A DNA stretch of 64,000 nucleotides, from the NCBI RefSeq assembly GCF_009914755.1, contig NC_060929.1; one strand, given 5' to 3'. The translations under genes and the position numbers were made by a program. A model generated the notes under the pieces. The model had not been told where the DNA came from and ran no database searches. It worked only from the letters and a program-made list of their open reading frames with translations. The DNA is from the human T2T-CHM13v2.0 reference genome, Homo sapiens. Of this stretch, positions 1 through 17,569 are shown piece after piece (the first letter of the stretch is position 1; each line of letters opens with the position of its first letter).

Positions 1-517
1 AGAAGCTAATTTAAACAAATACATGTTAGATTATTCATACATTTTTAGAAAATAAGTAAATCACACGTTAAATTTTTCAGAATTGAGGAAATTCATGTAA
101 ACCTTAGAAAAAGTAATTCCTTAAGTTAAACAGTAGCAGCCATGCAATGCGGACCTTGTGGTTCTGTTCACGTCGTCTGACGTGTATTGTGTTTTTCCCT
201 TGTCCAGTGTGTCTCTAATACAGTCTTCAACATGTGGGCTATTAGCAACCACCACCATAAAACTGTTTCTCAATACTGAGATGGTCCCTTTACTGAGGAA
301 AGCCCAGCACATTCCCACTGCTGCCTGGTGTGGGCTTCACGCTCCTCTCTATTAGGAGAATGTGGTTCTGAGCCGCATCAGGTGTTCTGGTCATGTGAAT
401 TCTTCAGCCACATGGAGAGCGTGAGGCACCATCTGACAGCACTCCAGGGTTGTGCAGGGCTGTCAGTACCGGGCTCCTGTTGTGGGGAGGTGAAGGTTAT
501 GCAGGGCCTATCTCATT

Positions 518-1055
518 ATTTTTTTATTTTATTTTTTTAAGTTCCAGGGTACAGATGCAGGTTTGTTACATATGTAAATGTGTGCCATGGTGGTTTGCTT
601 CACCTATCAACCTATCACCTAGGTATTAGGCTCAACATGCATTAGCTCTTTATCCTAATGCTCTCCCAGCCTGCCCCCTGGACAGGACCCAGTGTGTGTT
701 GTTCCCCTCCCTGTGTCCATGTGTTCTCATTGTTCAGTTCCCACTTAGAGGAGAGAACATGAGGTGTTTGGTTTTCTGTTCCTGTGTTAATTTGCTGAGG
801 ATAATGACTTCCAGCTTCACTCAAGTCCCTGCAAAGGACATGATCTTGTTCCTTTTTATGGCTGCGTAGTATTCTATGGTGTATATGTACCACATTTTCT
901 TTATCCAGTTTATCATTGATGGGCATTTGGGTTGATTCCATGTCTTTGCTACTGTGAATAGTGCTGCAATGAACATACATGTACATGTGTCTTTATAACA
1001 GAATGATTTATATTCTTTTGGGTATGCACCCAATAATAGGATTGCAGGGTCAAAT
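518..1055 (-). mobile_element. 5'-truncated older L1PA 3' end (ORF2 C-terminus plus 3' UTR)
   Basis: Poly-T head, L1 3' UTR motifs, and ORF 821..1033 ([31 protein letters not shown]), which is the L1 ORF2 C-terminus. Confidence 0.92.
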
Positions 1056-1201
1056 CGATCTCACCATTAACTTTGGCTTCTAAGCATGTATGTGTTCCAG
1101 GCTGGAACTTTGCCTCTCTCACTGTCTGGACTGAGAATGGAGGCTGAGTGATAGCAGAAACCAGAAATCTGCTTCTTTTGTGTCACAGGGGTCTGGTGGC
1201 C

Positions 1202-1661
1202 TGACAGAGCCCCCCTCCTTGACAAAGCTTTAGTCAGGTTCCTATAAGCCTTCTTCTCAATGAGAGCTCAATCTTGACTCTGTCCTTGCTAAGACCAGTT
1301 TTGGCAAGAATACTGATAATTTAGTTTAGAGAGAACTCCCACCTTTGATATCTGATTCCCCTTAATGTCTGATCAAGTTCCTCATCCTTCACAATACTCC
1401 AGGTTATATCTGCTGCCCCAGCAAGAATCCTGTTAGATTAGCAAAGAACCATCTCCCCTTGAGGCCCCCTCTTGGTAATTTTTCATCCACTGACCCCACC
1501 CACCACTGCCTTCCTCCTTAGCTTTAAGTCCCCACTTTTCCTTGTTGTATTCAGAATGAAGCCCAGTTCTATAGTGAAATCTCTCTTCCCCTATTGCAAT
1601 AGTTTCTGAATAAAATCTGGTTTTGCTGCTTTAACTACTGTCCAGCTCTGGTTCTTTCACA
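1202..1661 (+). mobile_element. ERV1 solo LTR, MER31-like
   Basis: TG...CA ends; start tgacagagccccctccttgacaaagctttagtcagg resembles MER31; AATAAA near the 3' end; imperfect 4-bp flank ggcc/agcc. Confidence 0.6.
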
Positions 1662-2249
1662 AGCCCCAGTCTAAAAGTGTTCCTGAAAAAGAGCAGAAGA
1701 TCAAAGACAAGGGAGAAGAGTTCTGGAAAAGACTAGAGGATAAACACAAAAGTGTATGAATACTAGTGACAGGTGCTGATCAATATCTACTACCCCTTAA
1801 ATTTGGAGACCCAAAAGCCAGAATGAGGGGGATTTTTCCCACTTCCCTCCAGAAAATAGACAGCTGGCCCCTCTGCAACAACCTCTTATGACTGCAGTAG
1901 AATGAAACGAAAGAATGGCAGGTTTGGGTACAGGGAGCCTGAGATACCGCTCCTTCCTTTTGCTCCAATTCTTACCTCCGCTTCCCTCTCAACCAGAATC
2001 CTCTTTAGCTCCTATAAGCCCAGGAGGCCTTTCCTGCTACCCATAGGAACTAAGGAGGTGGTTGAGAGTTAAAAGCCAGGGGGTTTATTTCCAGGAACTG
2101 AGGGAGAGTGCACACATATATGTTAAATCCAAAGTGATTTTTAAATACATTAACAATACACAGTGTAATATAAGTGTTAATAAGAGAGCATAGGTGGATG
2201 CAGATCAATAATGATGCCACAGCATAAATGTAGGAGTAATATTACAAAT

Positions 2250-3330
2250 TAGAGGACAAAGATACTGGAAAAATAAGTGCTTTTCCAGCAATTGATATCC
2301 ACATGAAAAAAAAGACAGATCCCTACCTCACACTACACACAAGAAGTTGAAGACATATTTGGGAACAAATGTGAAAGGTTAAACTTAAATATTTAAATAA
2401 GAAAATAAAGGAGCATGATACTATGAACTTCATATAAGGAAGACTTTTAGACATATAAAGAACAAAATTTAAATGCTTTAAAATTTATAAGTAAAAAAAA
2501 AGAGACATGCCACCAGTTGGAAGAATTTATAAGAATCTAGATACCATCAATAATTTATAAATGCCTCCTATATAGTTAATAATGGTTTTCACTTATGAAC
2601 AAATCCCACTGAAATACTTCACATGTCTTAAGTTATTAAAAACTCAGAAAAGCTCAACAAGGTAGGTGCTTGTATTAGACTCTTAAGCATAAAAAGACTA
2701 CAGATATTAAAGATAAAAATTGCCCAAGATCACATGAATAGCCGATATGGGACCTGCACCCAAGTGCCTTAGTTCTAGCACTCTCACTCGAAGCCAACAG
2801 TAAAATGGGGACAGGACTGAGGAAAAAGCAAGTCACAGACCACTAACAATGCTGAACACGTGCTAAACTTCAGGGATAACTGGGGTAATGCAGAGGGAAA
2901 CAACCAACCCATCAAACTGGCAAAGATTTAAAAGGCTAACAGGAGTTGGCACATACAGGGTGAAATAGAAACTGTCATAAACTGACAGTGGGAGTATAAA
3001 ATGGGCCCAAGCATTTTAGACAACAAATGGAGAGTAATTCTTAAATTTGAAGATACACGTTCCTCTGGTTTAGCAACGTTCATGCTCTGAAAATACTCTT
3101 CCACATTTGCCCAGGACACATGCACAAGAACAGTCCTTGCTTGCTGTCTACCAATAAGAGCATGGAAACCATGTAAGCATCCATCAATCAGAGAACAGAT
3201 GAATGCACTGTAGTCTATCCATGCAATGGAACACTACCAAGTAGGAAAAGAGGAATGAAATCTACATATACACACCCACATGGATAAATCTCAATAACAC
3301 CGTTGAGAAAAAAAGCATATTTCCGGTATC
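2250..3330 (+). mobile_element. Ancient L1M/L1ME fragments with an intervening MIR-like piece (~2590-2790)
   Basis: Degenerate L1 3' motifs (gatccctacctcacac, gggagtataaaatgg, ccatcaatcagagaacagatgaat, catggataaatctcaa). Confidence 0.55.
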
Positions 3331-3359
3331 TCTGTATCTCTGCAAATGTAGTATGACGC

Positions 3360-3763
3360 TGTGACAAATAATTTTATGTGTCAATTTGACTAGGCCACAG
3401 TACACAGATACAGTATTTGGTCAAACATTATTACAGATGTTTTTGTGAAGGTATTCTCTTAGATGAGATTAACATTTAAATCAGTCAACTTTAAGTAAGG
3501 CAGATAACCCAAAATGCGCATGGGCCTCATCCAATCAGTTGAAGCCCTTAAGAGAAAAAGACTGCCCACCTTAGAAGTAAAGGGGATTCTGGCTGCAGAC
3601 TTGAACTCTCCCTTGAGTCTCCAGCCCTGCTGACCTACCCTGCAGATTTTGGACTTGCCAAGCCTCCACTATTGCAGAGGCCAATTCCTTAAAATAAATC
3701 TCTCTCTTTTTATATAGACATATTTTTGTTGGTTGTGTTTCTTTGGAGAACACTGAGTAATAC
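3360..3763 (+). mobile_element. MLT2-family (ERVL) solo LTR
   Basis: aattttatgtgtcaatttgactaggccac...gggcctcatccaatcagttgaag...ggagaacactgagtaataca is typical of MLT2. Confidence 0.85.
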
Positions 3764-5056
3764 AGATGCCAAAGGTGCCAATGTTTAAAACACATAAAGC
3801 AGTTCATGGGCAAACACATATATGAATGGCATCCTTAGAAGTGTTCAAGGTAGTGTCCTGCTTAATTCTCAATATGCAGGAATAACAGTCCATATACGAC
3901 CTTTACAGTACTATAAAGGGATGATTTGAAAAGTTTTATTAACATGCAAGAAGTGCAGGGGACAGGCTTAGACAATTCTGAGAGCTGCATTTAGAGTACA
4001 TTTCGTTTTTCTAGAAAGTGAATATGCCTCCTTTTCTAGCATAAGAAGATAAGTTGATTTTCCTCAATTATAATTTGAATCACTGGACCAGTTCCAAAAA
4101 ACTACACAAAAATGCTACACCAAAATAAAAACTCCGCATCAGTCAGTTGATACAATAAATGCGAATTACCAATTTTCCTCAGCTGTAGTTTTTTTATTTT
4201 TATTTTGTAACAGCAAATAATTTATTTTCTTATGTGTATTATAATTTACAATGTGTTTTTCTATTATGAATTAGGGGAAAATTTCTGGACCATGTCAGAC
4301 ATCATTCAGGTATGACACTTATATAATTCAATGCATTCTAAGTTATTAAACTACTGTAGGCAGATGCATTGCGGCAGGTTATTTGTTTTTGCATAAAACA
4401 TGCCAATATTTTAAGGTGAGGTGGCATGGGAGACGCCTGCTATATATTTAAAGTCCTATGAGATTAGGATTCCAAAAGTAACACAAACATTAAATGACAC
4501 TGATGTACTGACAATCATCTACATTCATGTTCTTCTTTTTGTGCAGAAACTGCTTCTAAAATGTTTTCTAGTGTGCCTTCAAGTATTTTTTTTTTTTAAA
4601 TACGACTTGGGAAAAACAACTGCTAACTAATTTTAACACCATGTCAATTATGCTAACAAAATTCTAATTGAATTACTTGTAATGTAAATCAGTCTTTCTT
4701 TGTGTTGTGTGAGCGCTTGCATGGGTGTAATTATTATACAGGCTGTCAGGTATCAGACACTAACTGTATCATAAACCTATACCGTGGGCTTGCTTGTCCA
4801 CAGATCTTTTGATATATCTAGCTCTGTCTTCCATAGCTTTGGACAAACTAATGGGGGAAGCACAATTTTCAAGGTACCACAGAGGTAAACCAATGGATTC
4901 TCATTATGGAAATGCAGCAGTCTAGAAAGAAGGAAGAGACTGAGTGTTCAGAATTGACTTTTTTAAAGAAATAAGAGATCAGTGGATGGGATTTATGTCA
5001 CAAGGAATTCAATTAGTTATTTTATTTCAGGCTGATTATATGAGATCCTATGATGA

Positions 5057-5124
5057 GAAAAAAAAAGAAAACCAAAAAAGAAAAAAAAGAAAACCAAAAA
5101 GGAAAAAAAAAAAGAAAACCAAAA
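5057..5124. repeat. A-rich tandem repeat, three ~22-25 bp units of G(A)nGAAAACC(A)n
   Basis: Read directly from the sequence. Confidence 0.85.
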
Positions 5125-8100
5125 GAGATTCTGTACTGCAAGATATAAGAGGAGGCACCTTTAGGGGTGCCAAGGATGTTGTAACTTCAAATGCTGTCAA
5201 ATGTGGAAACCCCGGCAGAGCACATGTGGACATTTCAGCCCCTCAGCATATAGAATCCCCATGTGGCCTTTACCACTGACATGATCAGTCTCAGCTCTGA
5301 TGTGGCCATCTCCCTGTAAGCCTTTTGCAGCCTGCCATCCCCCCCGCCTGTGCTCCCAGGCCACTATCTGCACACCTTAGCACAGGTCTCATGAGATCCT
5401 CGTGCTGTTCTCTGTGTGCATGCCTCTGAGTGCCTCAAGAAGTGCCTGTTTTCTCTTCCCAGTGTCCAGAGCATCTAACACAGTGTGTGACACAATGCAG
5501 GTGACCATGGAAACAAAATAATTCTGTCTTGCAAACTTTCACTCAGATGCTCTTAAGCACTCCTAGTCTGACCTCAGGCTCAGATTCCATATCCCAGTGG
5601 AGGAACAGCTACCGAGTAGCACAGGGGAAAACATTCTATGCTTTTTAACTAGACTGCGTATGGCATCTTCTCTTATCAAATTGGATTTGGCCAAAAGAAC
5701 AACAGCTGAGCACTGGGAAAGTTATTCTTAGTATGCTCACAAAAGAGCAACTCCTCGCCTTCAAAATAGTCCTCTGCATCATGAGTACAGATGCACTCTC
5801 CTGCAGAGCCAACTGCTCAGACATCCCTATGGTATCAGTCAGACGCCTTTGGATCCAAGTGACAACAACCCAAAAGATTAAACCATCAAACAGACAACAA
5901 CAGCAACTGCTCTCTGGGCCCAGGGGACCTTAATCATTGGGCTTCTGTAACCTCTAAAAGAGAGGCTCAGAATGAGTCTCAGAGATCCTCTTTCCACGGT
6001 TCCCATCTAAGCTTCTCTTTTAATGTCACCTCTCATCTCTTCTAAGGCCACCTGTGGCTCCAGTTCCTCACTATTAACCACCAGAGATAAATGCAGATCA
6101 TTCTTTTTGGTTCCAAGCCCAAAAGTTCCAGGGAAGGGCTCCCATGAGCTCGGCTGGGGCAAGGTGCTGAATTCTGGAGTAGTTACTGTCACCAGAAGGT
6201 GGGGCACTATGGTTGGTGACCTCTGGAAAAATCACCAGGATCACGCAGCATCAGAAAATGGTTCCCTTTGCAACTACAAGGATCGAGTATAGAGCAACAC
6301 ATTTTCCGGAAGACAAGGAGGTAGCATTCTGGACACATAAACTAAGGAATGTTTACTTCATACTCCTAAAGAGTGGAGAATAGCAGCATTTTTACATGGT
6401 TTTACAATAACGATGTGTAGCAATTTCCACTCCCCTCCCTCACCATTAGCAAAGACCCACTCTCTTGCTACATAAGTCTCTAAGTAATTTAAAAGCCTTT
6501 GCATTCTCTCTTGAACTAGGTTATAAACCCTGTGAGAACAAAACAGGTTTTTAATTATGCTTATAACTACCTATGAGGTACCTGACGGGATGCTCATCGC
6601 ATAAGAAGAGCTAAACCTAGCACACATATGATTGTGTTTCTATTTGTAGCTCACACAATGATAGTGCATTTTGTACCCACTTTCAGTTCCAACAAAAAAA
6701 GCCTTTGACCATTTCTACCTCTACCATGACTTTTCCTCCCTTAAATACCACTTTTATATTGAGAATTACATTTCATCCATAAATGAGTGACCTCATATGA
6801 ATAAACACCCATCATTTCATGGAATCTGCTGAACAAATGATCCTGAATGCAACTATAATTTACCTTCAGAGAGAGCTTTTAAAAAGCTATAAAAGAATTA
6901 TATGAAAAGGTACGTTTCATAGAGAACATCTGTTTTACCCATGATCGGTCCTTTTAAATGATCTCTGAAGTCAACTTGGTGCTTTGGTCTAAGTCTTGTG
7001 CTCAGATCCCTCTATCACATTAAAAGAGATGAAGCAAAATCTGAGTCTTTTTAAAAAACTCTGATGGTTTTAACATAAAGTAACCTTCGTTGTTTATTTA
7101 ACTTCATATAGTCAAGCAGGACACACTGAGCCCCTAAGAAGGGACACGTGCTGGCAGCTGGCTTTGTGAAGTTTAATTAAACCGTTGATTTTAGCAGAGT
7201 CCTAGGGAGTTAACACGTCACCTATATTGGAGTCTTCATAGAGGAAATCATGCTACTGGGGAGAGAGGGAAATCAGATACATGAAGAGAAGTGAAGAGAA
7301 GTGATCATGGATTAACCATCTTCAAGGAATTGCGGGTCTCCTGGTTACTGCTTGGTGCTGTCCTGCCACTCCCACACTCCTGACTGCGGTCCATATCTAC
7401 CCTGGGGATTCGTCCACCCATTGGTGCTGTCAACTAAAGGCAACAGCCTAACCTGGGAGCCACTTCTTCCCACAAATCCATTTTCCTTCGAATGTCTCTT
7501 TTCTTTTCTTTTTTTTCAATAATATTAAATATATTTTCCCATCATTCTAGGCTAGAAAACTTGAAGTAAATCTGAATTTCCTTCTCACTGTTTAGGTTGA
7601 GTCTCCAAATGCCATTGGATTTTTCTCTGCAGTTTTTCTCCTATTCATTGGTCCCAAGTTTGATCCTGTTCCTTCAGTTCACATGAAGTAAATCATTTTC
7701 CCAGTTTACTGTGTCAATGTCTGCCACTTCCAATTCCTTACACAATTATTCTCAGATGAGTCTCCCTCATACACACACTTGCACATGACACTCTCCTGCT
7801 CAAAGCTCTCAGTGGTTTCCTGTTGCTTTTTAGGGGCAGGGAACTAAACTTAAAGAAAAGAAACTCTGGTCCTTTCTCTCTGGTACCGCCCTATCTCCCC
7901 AGATTCTCCTGCCACACTTGCCAAACTAGCCTATTCAGTTTTCTCCAAACGTATCTCTAGCTTTATGACTTAGCTCCCCAAATCTCCCCAGTACCTGATA
8001 ACATGGAACAGAAAATGCCTGAAACCTGGTACAAAATAGGCAGGCAATAAATGTCTGTGGAATTAATGAAAACATACAGACAAAACATTTATTTCCTGAT

Positions 8101-8438
8101 GTCTTGCAAAACTGTATCATAGCCACATTTCTCTTCAGATTTGCATTTACCATAAATTTTTGCTTGCTATACAAACCAGCTATACAAAGTTTCCCTAAAT
8201 TTAAAAAAAAAAATTCCACATCCTGACCTATCCACCCCATAGACCCTGCTCCTCCTTTTGAGTTTCTAGCTCAACTCATGGTAGCACTATGTTCGAATCT
8301 GCTTGTGAAAACTAGAGACCTCAGAATAATCCTCAGTTCCAAGTTCTCCTGCTTATGATTGAAGAGTTATCTGCATTGCCATGTAATAACGACAATAAAA
8401 CAACAATAACAAACCTTACATCTATTGAGGATCTACTA

Positions 8439-9235
8439 AATTATGAGTTGTGTTGTATCTTTGCCCAACTAAAATTCATAAATTGAAGTTCTAGTGCCCA
8501 ATACCTTAGAATGTGGCCCTTTTTGGACACAGGGCCGTAGTAGATGTATTTAGTTAAGATGAGGTCATACTGGAGTAGGGTGGGCCCCCAATCCAATATT
8601 ACTGGCTGGAGTCCTTCTAAAAGGAGGGAATTTGGGCCCAGATATTGATATGGTTTGGCTTTGTGTCCCCACCAAAATCTTGTCTCAAATTGTAATCCCC
8701 ATAATCCCCATGTGTGGAGGGCGGGATGTGGTGGGAGGTAATTGGATCATGGGGGTGGTTTCTCCCGTGCTGTTCTCATGATAGTGAGTGAATTCTCACA
8801 AGATTTGATGGTTTTATAAGTGTTTGACAGTTCCTCCTTCACACACTCTCTCTTGCCTGCCGCCATGTAAGACGTACTGGCTTCCCTTTCTGCCATGATT
8901 GTAAGTTTCCTGAAGCCTCCCCAGCCATGCAGAACTGTGAGTCCATTAAACCTCTTTTCTTTATAAATTACCCAGTTTGGGGCAGTTCTTTATAGCAGTG
9001 TGAGAACAGACTAATACACACATACTCAGGGAGAATACCATGTGAAGGCTGGGTGATATTGCCACAGCCCAGGAACTGCCATAAGCCAGCAGAGGCCTGG
9101 AAGAGACCCTTTCCTAGAGCTTTCAGAGGGAATCTGGCCCTGCCAACACCTTGATCTCAGACTTCCAGCATCCAGAGCTGTGAGACAATCAATTTCTATT
9201 GTTTAAATCCTTTGGAAGCCCTTAGAAACTCATAC
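8439..9235 (+). mobile_element. MLT1 (MLT1B-like) LTR split by a THE1 insertion
   Basis: agttaagatgaggtcatactggagtagggtgggccc before 8646 and ggccctgccaacaccttgatctcagacttccagc after 9018. Confidence 0.8.
8646..9018 (+). mobile_element. THE1 (THE1D-like) solo LTR nested in MLT1
   Basis: Termini tgatatggtttggc and gaacagactaataca. Confidence 0.9.
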
Positions 9236-10003
9236 ACCAAGCATCAGCCAATGTGCTAAAATCCTTCGCAAACTTAGAGTTATTTAATGCTCACAATGAC
9301 TCTGAAGTCATCTAGAGTTAGAGATTCATATAATTATTATGCCATTATACAGCTGTGCAAACAAAGGCTGGCTTAGAAGTTAAGCACCTAGTTCAAGGTC
9401 ACTCAGATAAGCTCAGCTATTTATCAATAGCAGAGCAAACCAAAACATCTGTGATTAGAAAGCCCAAGTTCATACACACTAAACTCCAGGCCTCTCCTGA
9501 TACATTTCCAAGCAGGGACAATGTTATACAGGTGACCCTCATACAATTCCAGGGCATAATACTGTAGAATTTCCACTTAAGATATTCCCTTAAGGTGCTC
9601 TTTGGAAATAGAAACTTGAACATAATTCATTTCATTTTAGGTGAGATTGTGTTCACAAAAAGATATCCAAGGGGAACTTATTTTTATCTAATTTATCAGA
9701 TGTGACATTTAAAATAAAATAACTCATAAACAAAGCTAACATGCTCCACTGCACATTTTTACTGTTTCTTTTATAATGCAAACATGGTATTACCCTTGTT
9801 AAAAGAAATTAAAATTGTAGCATCACACAGTGCACAAATAACAAAAATTACATTCTAAAAACATTTCGTTCACAGTTTATATTTATTCTTAATATGTGTA
9901 GAGCAACTGAATGAAAAAAGCATTCAACAGCCCCGACATTCCTTTGCTATTTCAAACAGTGGACTTATGTAAACTAATAAACACAGAATACAACCACCTT
10001 TTG

Positions 10004-10089
10004 TTTAAGCATTAACCACAGGCAAAAAAGACTCCAAGAAATGTGCCCACATTTCTTGGAGTCTTTTTTGCCTGTGGTTAATGCTTAAA
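10004..10089. repeat. Perfect inverted repeat, 42-bp arms, 2-nt spacer
   Basis: tttaagcattaaccacaggcaaaaaagactccaagaaatgtg-cc-cacatttcttggagtcttttttgcctgtggttaatgcttaaa, checked base by base. Confidence 0.97.
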
Positions 10090-10204
10090 TATATATGTAT
10101 ATATATTTCCTAAGGCAAAGTTGTGAGTTGTGAGTTTTACTAAATTATGCCTGTGTATTGGAAGCAATAATAGAACCAGCCCAGCCCAGAGCTGGTCTAG
10201 AGCA

Positions 10205-13990
<3,786 letters not shown>

Positions 13991-14431
13991 TCTTAGAGAG
14001 TTTGGACAGGAGGAGTGGGGTGACTAAGCTATGAACCAACATATTCACGAGTTCGGATTTTATCCTAGGATGCAAAAATCTATTCCACCCACCATTGTCT
14101 AACAAATTTCCATATCTTTAGTTATTTTCACCTCAAAAAAGTGACAAGACAAAATGAAAATACCATCATCCTAATGTTAAAGTAAAAATTAGCACCTTCA
14201 ATATTGGGCTAATAGAGTACAACAGGGGTGAGCACAGCCCTGAAATGTCCTATGTCCTGTTTCTCTGCTTTCTCTTAATGACATCACATTTCAAAGTTAG
14301 TAAATTGTACATAAGGAACCATGCCAGTGTAACTGCACCTAGACATTAAAACTTTACGCCCTATGAAAACGATGACAATTTTTAAGTGACAACAAAATCC
14401 TCAGGAAATAAATGGCTGTCTTTTATTTAGT

Positions 14432-14736
<305 letters not shown>

Positions 14737-14984
14737 TAACAATGCTAAAGCTTAGGAGTGAATGTATTAATCTGAAGAGTAAAATTCCTTTTCTCCCAAA
14801 CCCTTTCTATTTTGCTTTTAAAATGCCTAAATCATTGGATTTTCTCTCATTTAGTTATGTCTCTCATTGAGCTAGTTCTATTACTTCTATGATCTTGGTT
14901 TCTGATGACTGCATCTACAAACATGTTTCCTAAGAATTTAAATGGTTCATGCACTGCCTGTATAGAAATGCACAGTCAGTATAG

Positions 14985-15185
14985 AAATGTGGCGTGTAGC
15001 ACGGGCTATAGCTACAATCCCAGACTCCACCATTCACAGTCTTGGGATGCTGAGCAAGTTACATATGTCGGTTTGCCCCAGTTTCCTTAGATACAAAATG
15101 GGAGTAGTGATAGTACCTCAGAGGGTTTTTGTAAGAATTAAAATGATTTATACTTGGTAAACACTTTAGAACAATGCGTAATGAT
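14985..15185 (+). mobile_element. MIR
   Basis: Core gagcaagttac...cagtttcct...aaaatgggagtagtgatagtacctcagagggt. Confidence 0.75.
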
Positions 15186-16814
15186 TGGTGGTGAATTATT
15201 ATTATTATAATATAGCTGGTAAATATATTTACTTGGGTCACCTTTTTATTCCACTGTATAGAAACCCTTGTGGTACAAACACATAAATGCTCACTCTGGA
15301 TATGAGTTACACAGAAGCTATTTGGAGAACTATTTTATTAGATAATAAAATGATAGTGACGCATATCAGTCACCTCTTTAGGCTACCTTCCCACTCACCT
15401 CTCTTCTTAACTTTAGTGAGGATCTGTTTTGTTTTCCTAGCTGTTCTTTGGTTTTGGACTGGCTTTTCTTCACGGTTTGGTCTAAATTTACCACTTCGAT
15501 GTCCCACTTGTGGAGGTTTAGCTACCATTTGTGTATCTGTCATAGGCAAGCATATGTCAAACTCTTTGGTATATACTCTCTCAACAAGCTGAGACCTCGT
15601 TACTGCCATCGCCTTTTACCAGAAGAAACAAACTCTTAGAAGAGTCTCACCCAAGGTTACAAAGCTCAAAGTAGCAGAGTCAAGAGAGGAGTGGAGCTCT
15701 TGACTCCCAATTTCACATGCATCAAGGAGGCAGGCTTGCATGAGGTACACCCAAGGAGCAGCAGCCTCTCCCGTTCCCACCTCTCACAGGCCCTCTGAGG
15801 GTGTTTCTATTCTATCGCTCATCACCTTGACAGAAACCTCTGGAGAAGCTATGGTCATCTACTAGCAGGATCTGTGGGTCGTCTAAGGTAGAAACATGTA
15901 GAATGGCCATGTTATTCCTCCCCTCCGTGAAACTTTCCTGCCAAGGTGTGTCTGATTTTTGCTGAGTGTGTTCCCAGGCTAAGGATGCTGAGAACAAGTG
16001 CAAAACCATAACAGGATGCTGGGAGCCTGGGCCAGCCACAAAGAAGGCCTTGACATTTGCAGATCTGAAGTCTTGGACCTTCAGACTGCTCGGATCCTTA
16101 AATAACCAGGGGCTGGTAAGGGAGATCTGGCAAAGGCAGGTAGCACCAGTGTGCCTCAGTGCTCTGATATGCCATGTAGAAACACGGCCACTTATGTGTG
16201 CTAATTGATGGGCATGAAACATACATGTGAATACATTACACATGATCCTCTCAAAAGAAATGGGCAGCTTTCAGGGCTATTGTATTCATTTATATACATT
16301 TAGGTTTGAAGATCATAAGAGCCTCTGGGGGTGCAGGGACTCCATTTCAGGAGAGACTTCTAAGTTGCCCACATCCATGACACCATCAATCCTGTGGTTA
16401 ACCCTCAGATCCCTTCCATGGGGAACGGATAGGATTTCCTGCTCTTAGGAAAAGAGACCAGGTTTGGTCTCCAGCAGAAACAGCTAGGAGAGTGGCCTGG
16501 AGAAGGGAATGAGGATAAGAACCAACCCCTCCTCCACTGAAAAACAGGGTAGGCAGAGGACACCCAAGGGAACTTCACAGCCTGGAAGGTCCAAGCAAAG
16601 GAAACTATTCTGGTGGCCCTCTGGTCCTCAATGGGCCTGGTCACCCCAGAAATGCCTATCACTCAGGCCTTTGCAATCCCTCAAGTCGGGTCCAGCTTCC
16701 TTGTCAGGGCTCCTTGTCCCCCAGATGTTCTGCCATCTCCACCTCCTAGTGTGAATAACAGGCCTGGGGCCCCAGTGACTACAGATCCGAAGTCCTTCCC
16801 ACCCTCCCCACACA

Positions 16815-17010
16815 CAGTTCCCAGATTTAGCAAGTAATACAGGACACCCAGTTAAATTTGCATTTTAGACAAACAACTTTTTTTTTTTTTTAAGTGAAAG
16901 TATGTTCCAGGCAATATTTGGAACTTATATACTTATACTAAAAATTTACCCGTTGTTTATCTGAAGTTCAAATGTGGCTGGACATCTTGTATTTTATCTG
17001 GCTACCTTAG
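16815..17010. mobile_element. MER53 hAT MITE (imperfect palindrome)
   Basis: ccagatttagc..aatacaggacacccagttaaatttg...ttgtattttatctggctacct, with self-complementary halves. Confidence 0.85.
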
Positions 17011-17198
17011 ACCCTCTCCATGACGAGCTAAGCCACTACTCTTTTGAGCACCCCCAGCCTCCACTCCCATCCCCTCAAGGGTGCCGCCTTTTGGAAACAG
17101 GAAGTAGAAAGGGAAGATGTCTTCAGAACACGGGCCTGCAGCACAACCTTCTCCTGGGATCAGAGGGCACAATCTGACACTGATGGGGAAGATACTGA

Positions 17199-17569
<371 letters not shown>

